Source of the DNA: Acidimicrobiales bacterium
Lineage (GTDB): Bacteria > Actinomycetota > Acidimicrobiia > Acidimicrobiales > Bog-793
DNA: 56,499 nt
Reading direction: 5' to 3'
NCBI GenBank assembly: GCA_049696635.1
Contig: JBAVUF010000341.1
Coordinates: 1-56,499, forward strand
The position numbers were made by a program, and so were the translations under genes. The notes below the pieces were generated by a model. That model saw nothing but the letters and a program-made list of their open reading frames with translations. It searched no databases and had not been told where the DNA came from. This document shows positions 52,378 through 56,499 of the stretch, one piece after another (the first letter of the stretch is position 1; each line of letters begins with the position of its first letter).

Positions 52378-52669
52378 CTCGCCGGAGCGTTCTCTCGCGA
52401 TCTCAGGCATCGATCCCCCGGGGCTCAGACTGGGATCAGTGTCCCATCTCACTACTGCTTCGCCGGGAACTTGCTTGCGAGCTTCGACCAGATCTCTTGC
52501 TCGCGATCCTCGATCTCCGACTTTCTCGTCCTTAAGGAGTCCGGCGAGTTCACGTGGCCCGATGATTAACGCGTCGCCAAACTTCAGCGATCGAGGAGTT
52601 GTATTAAGGATGCCATGAGCGAGATCCCCGGGAACAAATCACCACCTTTGCTCCTATTTCGACCTGGAA

Positions 52670-53014
52670 TCAGAAGTACAGCGCCACCCGACTGATCTTC
52701 GCGTCCGTCACCTGGTAGACCGCGATTCCCCGAATCGAGGTCGGGAAGCCCGGCAGGTTGATGCCTTCGATCTCTTCGTGGTCGGCGACAAAGTTTCCGA
52801 CGACAATGCGGTTGGCGATCCGGCCGGCGAGCCGTGGGCTGTTCTCGAAGAGCTCGCCGTACATCTGGCGCATGGCGTCGGGGCCTTCCGCCACCACCTG
52901 ACCGGCAGCATCGCTGATCACGACACCGGGCGCGTAGCAGGCAACGAAGCGCTCGAGGTCGCGGGCGAAGTAGGCGTCGATCTGGGCGTCGACGAGATCG
53001 GTGACTTCGGACAT
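52670..53014 (-). CDS. NTF2/SnoaL-like fold protein
   Basis: ATG 53014 is preceded by GGAGGTG. The pattern AQIDAYFARDLERFVACYAPGVVISD...IANRIVVGNFVADHE...GIAVYQVTDAKISRV is typical of SnoaL-like small proteins. Confidence 0.65.
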   Translation of the reverse strand: MSEVTDLVDAQIDAYFARDLERFVACYAPGVVISDAAGQVVAEGPDAMRQMYGELFENSPRLAGRIANRIVVGNFVADHEEIEGINLPGFPTSIRGIAVYQVTDAKISRVALYF

Positions 53015-53136
53015 CTTCACCTCCGTGTTGTTCGGCACGCGACCACATTTGTCGTATCCCGCCAAGTGAGCCTGATTGTTGTCCGCCGCCCGGCTCTAGG
53101 AGATACCGCCCGCGTCCGCGATGATCAGCCGGCTAC

Positions 53137-54339
53137 TTACCGCGACCCGGCTTTACGTTTTGCGGGGGGCAGAGCAGTTTTCTTTTGCTCGCTAACGAGC
53201 TTTTCAACGAGCCCCCGGACCTCGCTTGGATGAAATGCGAGCGTCGCGTCGCCGATCGGGAATTCGATTCGCTGCAACGATGCTCCTTCTGAGACGAAGG
53301 GTCGCGCGAAAGTCCAAACCTTCTCTGTTCTGGCGATCTCGAAAGCACGAGCACGTAGGTCTTCGAGACCGACGGACAGACGAAGGTGCATCATCGGCGC
53401 CTGCACCGGATTCGGGAGCACCTCGACGCCAGGGAGGTCGCGCAGCGCCTTTGCGATTGCAACGGCCTGCCTGTGGTACTTCGGCATGAGCGGCAAGCGC
53501 GTGTGGAGCACGGTTTGCGCGGATGCTGCGTATGGCCACAGGCCAAACAACCGGCCGCCGTGGCGGGTCCGCCACGTCGAGAGTTCGTCAATGACGTCCA
53601 GGTCTCCCGCGACACAACATCCGGAAATGCCACCGAGGCCCTTATAAAAGGAGACATAAACGGAATCGAATAGCGCCGCGATCTCCGCGAGGGTTTTTTT
53701 GTAAAAGGGAGTGGACTCCCAAAGGCGCGCGCCATCAAGATGAACCGCCCCGCCGTTTTCACGTGCCCACGCCACTTGGGCCAGAAGCTCGCCCCATGCC
53801 GGGAGAGTTCCGCCCAGGTCTCGTTGCGGGAGCTCGATGAGCAGCGCTGCCAGTGGCTCCTTGACCTCCGTGAGATTGCTTACCGACAGCGGTTCGAATC
53901 GCGACCCAACCGGCACACCGAATAATCCGTGCAAACGCTGATAACCGCGCTCCTCGTGTGAATCGAGGTGGCATGCCGGGTGATACGCAATGGCCTGTCT
54001 TCGCCTGCGATCCGCGTGCACCCGGAGGGTCGCTTGTTGCGCCATCGTCCCACTCGGGACGAACAATGCAGCTTGCTTCCCGAGAAGCGATGCGACTTCA
54101 ACTTCGAGGTCGCGGACAACTCCGCCGAGCCCGTAGTAGTCAATCTTGGTGTCGGCAGGGATCGTGGCGAGTAAATCGCGTGTTCGACGGGGCCCGTGTC
54201 CGGATAAAAAGCGCGTGCAGGTCTCGGCAATCGCTTCGGCCTCGGTATCCCGCGCAACCGCCGACGCGCCGCTCCGGGCCGCAGATCGCCGCGATGTCCG
54301 CGTGGGGTTCTTCACCACCCCCACACTACGAATTCCCAC
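53137..54339 (-). CDS. PLP-dependent threonine-aldolase/beta-eliminating-lyase family protein
   Basis: DYYGLGGVVRDLEVEVASLLGKQAALFVPSGTMAQQATL, HLDGARLWE and SFYKGLGG (PLP-Lys block) are present. The start is uncertain, with several GTG codons near the 5' end. Confidence 0.7.
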   Translation of the reverse strand: MGIRSVGVVKNPTRTSRRSAARSGASAVARDTEAEAIAETCTRFLSGHGPRRTRDLLATIPADTKIDYYGLGGVVRDLEVEVASLLGKQAALFVPSGTMAQQATLRVHADRRRRQAIAYHPACHLDSHEERGYQRLHGLFGVPVGSRFEPLSVSNLTEVKEPLAALLIELPQRDLGGTLPAWGELLAQVAWARENGGAVHLDGARLWESTPFYKKTLAEIAALFDSVYVSFYKGLGGISGCCVAGDLDVIDELSTWRTRHGGRLFGLWPYAASAQTVLHTRLPLMPKYHRQAVAIAKALRDLPGVEVLPNPVQAPMMHLRLSVGLEDLRARAFEIARTEKVWTFARPFVSEGASLQRIEFPIGDATLAFHPSEVRGLVEKLVSEQKKTALPPAKRKAGSR

Positions 54340-54446
54340 TTTGGCATGAAAACCCGACTACTCCAGCGCGCAGTATCCGCGGCCAGCTCGACGTGATGAC
54401 GGGCGCGACGGCGCGCGCTTCTCTCGGGCGCTTACGCTCGGTTGGC

Positions 54447-55415
54447 ATGCGGTACGTCGACGTCGGCGGAGTGCACCTTTCGAGGATTGGCGTCGGGACG
54501 TGGCAGTTCGGATCCCGCGAATGGGGCTACGGCGTGGAGTACGCACAAGGCGAGGCAGTTCGGATCGTGCGGCGCGCGCTCGACCTCGGAATCAACCTTC
54601 TCGACACGGCCGAGATCTACGGCTTCGGCCAATCTGAGCACGTCGTTGGGCGCGCCATTGCGGGCCGACGTGATGAGGCGTTCGTCGCTACGAAGGTCTT
54701 TCCGCTGCTTCCGGTTGCACCCGTGATCGAGTGGCGCGCAAGAGCGAGCGCCCGTCGTCTCGGGATCGCGGCGATCGACCTCTACCAGATCCATCAGCCC
54801 AACCCCGTGGTTCCGATCCGCATCCAGATGGAAGGCTTGCGCCGCCTCCTCGATGACGGCCTCGTGCGTCATGTCGGCGTCAGCAACTTTTCGCTCTCAC
54901 ACTGGCAGGCGGCGGAGACATCCCTCGGTCACCCGGTCCTTTCCAATCAGGTCCGCTTCAGCCTCGTCGACCGGCGGCCGCTCCAAACTCTCGTGCCGTG
55001 GGCGACCGAACACGATCGGCTCGTCATCGCCTACAGCCCGCTCGGGCAGGGATTGCTCTCGGCCCGCTACGACGCCACGAACGCGCCGCGGCGAGGAGTT
55101 CGGGCGATGAACCCGCACTTTCTGCCAGAGAATCTCAGCCGCGCGAGCGACATCCTCGAGTTGCTGCGGGACATCGCGAAGAGCCACGACGCGACGCCCG
55201 CACAGGTTGCGCTTGGGTGGGTCATCCGGCAACCGAACGTTGTCGCGATTCCCGGCGCGAGCACCGTGGAACAGCTTGAACACAACGCCGCCGCCGCCGA
55301 GCTCGAGCTCACAGACGACGAGGAGGCGCGGCTGAAAGAGGCGGCCGAATTGTTTCACCCAGTCGAACGTTCGGCTGCCCTCCCGCAGTTGCTCCGGAAG
55401 CGGCTTCCGTACTGA
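54447..55415 (+). CDS. Aldo/keto reductase
   Basis: MRYVDVGGVHLSRIGVGTWQFG, INLLDTAEIYG, IDLYQIHQP, VGVSNF and the C-terminal IPGASTVEQLEHN are present. The 5' part of track ORF 53958 is antisense to the aldolase-like gene. Confidence 0.9.
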   Translation: MRYVDVGGVHLSRIGVGTWQFGSREWGYGVEYAQGEAVRIVRRALDLGINLLDTAEIYGFGQSEHVVGRAIAGRRDEAFVATKVFPLLPVAPVIEWRARASARRLGIAAIDLYQIHQPNPVVPIRIQMEGLRRLLDDGLVRHVGVSNFSLSHWQAAETSLGHPVLSNQVRFSLVDRRPLQTLVPWATEHDRLVIAYSPLGQGLLSARYDATNAPRRGVRAMNPHFLPENLSRASDILELLRDIAKSHDATPAQVALGWVIRQPNVVAIPGASTVEQLEHNAAAAELELTDDEEARLKEAAELFHPVERSAALPQLLRKRLPY

Positions 55416-55691
55416 ACAAAGAAAGAAGCCGTTCGATGCCTCAAGTGCTAAGTCGCTCGAAAGGTCTTCGCGCAGTTACCTAGGAGACTTCTTCTTTAGT
55501 GGCGGCCCACCTCAATGGTGGACCGCGGGTTCTACGCCACTTCAGATGACGTCAACTTGGGCGGCTTTTAGTGCAGTTTAGTTCGTAGGTAAGAGCTCAC
55601 TCACCCCCCTTCGGGAATAGGGATGATCGTTTGGCTCCGCCTGGTTTACTGACCTCGCCGCCCGAACCAGACAGCCGCGTAGTGTCGGCTC

Positions 55692-56261
55692 GTGCAGACC
55701 GATGGCCCACGGGTCCCCACCCAGAGCGTTTTCTGTCTACGCATTCAGCTCCGCGACGTCGAGCCCATCGTGTGGCGACGCGTGCTGGTTCCCGGCTCGG
55801 TGCGACTGGACAAGTTGAGCGAGATGTTGCTCGCCGCGACGGGGTGGTCGAATTCGCATCCGCACGCGTTCCGGATCGGAGACACGCAGTTTGGAGTGGA
55901 GCCCGACGAGTGGCCAGAGGATGAGATCGACGAGACGGATGTGAACGTCCTCGAGGCCTTACGCGAGGAGCAGCGATTCTTCCTCGACTACGACTTCGGA
56001 GATGGCTGGGAACACGAGGTAGTGATAGAGGAGCTCACTTGGTCGTCTTACGACCTCAAGTTCGCGGTCTGTCTTGACGGCCAGAACGCCTGTCCGCCCG
56101 AGGACGTCGGTGGCACCCATGGCTATGCGGACTTCGTCGAAGCGATCGCGAATCCGGCTCACGAGCAGCACAAGAGCTGTCTCGAGTGGGTCGGCGGCTC
56201 CTTCGATCCCGCCGAGTTCGACCTCTCGGAGGCGAACGCTCGCTGTCAGCGGGTCAGCTGA
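55692..56261 (+). CDS. PRiA4_ORF3-like (plasmid pRiA4b ORF-3 family) protein
   Basis: LRIQLRDVEPIVWRRVLVPGSVRLDKLSEMLLAATGWSNSHPHAFRIGD, YDFGDGWEHEVVIE and CPPEDVGGTHGY are hallmark blocks of this family. Confidence 0.8.
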   Translation: MQTDGPRVPTQSVFCLRIQLRDVEPIVWRRVLVPGSVRLDKLSEMLLAATGWSNSHPHAFRIGDTQFGVEPDEWPEDEIDETDVNVLEALREEQRFFLDYDFGDGWEHEVVIEELTWSSYDLKFAVCLDGQNACPPEDVGGTHGYADFVEAIANPAHEQHKSCLEWVGGSFDPAEFDLSEANARCQRVS

Positions 56262-56327
56262 GCTGCTCGCTTCGCAACCACCGAAGCGCGTCGCCGGACA
56301 GGCTTTGGCTGGGAGTCGAGGAGCGAG

Positions 56328-56494
56328 GTGAAAGACTCCTCACCTTTGATACACGCCCCCGCGCTTCGACTCCCCGTTTCTTCGGCACGACCGAGCCCTT
56401 CTGGCTCAATCTGCAGGCGAGATACGACGTCGAAGTCGAACGGGTCCGGATTCTCAACAAGCTCGAGGCGATCACGCCGCTCAAGGGCGCGTGA
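56328..56494 (+). pseudogene. higA: 5'-truncated, frameshifted remnant of a HigA-type (XRE HTH) antitoxin gene
   Basis: One frame reads ...SPLIHAPALRLP up to about 56375. The -1 frame then continues RFFGTTEPFWLNLQARYDVEVERVRILNKLEAITPLKGA*. Restoring one nucleotide in the C-run near 56373 gives ALRLARFFGTTEPFWLNLQ, the HigA C-terminal consensus. No N-terminal HTH half and no higB are present. Confidence 0.55.
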
Positions 56495-56499
56495 CGGCT

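Noticed and set aside
52452-52553. 33-aa charged ORF (VNSPDSLRTRKSEIEDREQEIWSKLASKFPAKQ) between the SnoaL-like and CPT-like genes, minus strand.
   Set aside because: It is too short, has no RBS and no recognisable family. It cannot be distinguished from chance in a 217-nt gap.
55502-55526. Hairpin GCGGCCCACC-TCAAT-GGTGGACCGC 87 nt after the aldo/keto reductase stop as an intrinsic terminator.
   Set aside because: The stem contains a C/A mismatch, no U-tract follows and it is far from the stop codon. The evidence is too weak to list as a feature.
1-56499. Search for CRISPR arrays, tRNA/rRNA genes, transposases/integrases, and terminal inverted or long direct repeats.
   Set aside because: None was recognised by eye: no repeat-spacer periodicity, no T-loop GGTTCGAAT-type sequence, and no DDE/tyrosine-recombinase-like ORFs. 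Short dispersed repeats could have been missed without a computational self-comparison.

Overview
This is a 56.5-kb high-GC segment with Actinomycetota-like coding style: many GTG/TTG starts, GGAGG-type ribosome-binding sites and frequent ATGA/GTGA stop-start overlaps. I call about 56 protein-coding genes. I recognised no rRNA, tRNA, CRISPR array or transposase. Nearly all of the window is catabolic and transport DNA, unusually rich in C-N bond hydrolases: 4 amidase-signature amidases (one truncated by the window edge), 3 isochorismatase-like hydrolases, 1 hydantoinase and 1 CapA-like protein.

Main blocks:
- **1-4.7 kb:** an amidase/DUF2848 pair lies divergent from an HCHL-like hydratase-lyase and two family-III CoA-transferases.
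- **4.8-14.2 kb:** a 9-gene plus-strand operon. It holds a NitT/TauT-type ABC importer, an LLM oxidoreductase, a TcuA-like flavoprotein, a cytosolic CapA-like protein, a carbamoylsarcosine-amidase-like hydrolase, an SDR and a cytosolic NMT1-like protein.
- **14.2-17.2 kb:** hydantoinase, a second cytosolic NMT1-like protein and a cupin.
- **17.3-26 kb:** aldehyde dehydrogenase, TauE, TetR, then a peptide-type ABC system with an embedded amidase and no ATPase genes.
- **26.0-27.7 kb:** a cNMP-binding / thioredoxin-reductase-like fusion that lacks the CxxC motif.
- **28.1-50.4 kb:** 22 co-directional minus-strand genes, many translationally coupled. They combine a BMP-type ABC importer, PncA, a PaaK-like ligase, a RutB-like hydrolase, a thiolase/DUF35 pair, a coxMSL-ordered molybdenum hydroxylase with CoxG, an internal TetR, and a CoA-ligase / crotonase / SDR / LLM / alpha-beta-hydrolase / amidase module. 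This is my best candidate for an undescribed system, namely a CoA-thioester-linked N-heterocyclic amide/acid catabolic pathway.
- **50.4-56.5 kb:** a lower-GC accessory mosaic. It carries a small Cys/His-rich ORF, a Phd/RelE toxin-antitoxin pair with an unusual structured spacer, a chloramphenicol-phosphotransferase-like kinase, a PRiA4_ORF3 protein and a truncated, frameshifted higA remnant.

Two different AT-rich palindromic motifs each occur twice at operon 5' ends in the first 17 kb. They look like operators of regulators that are not encoded in the window. All functional calls come from reading the translations by eye, with no database search.
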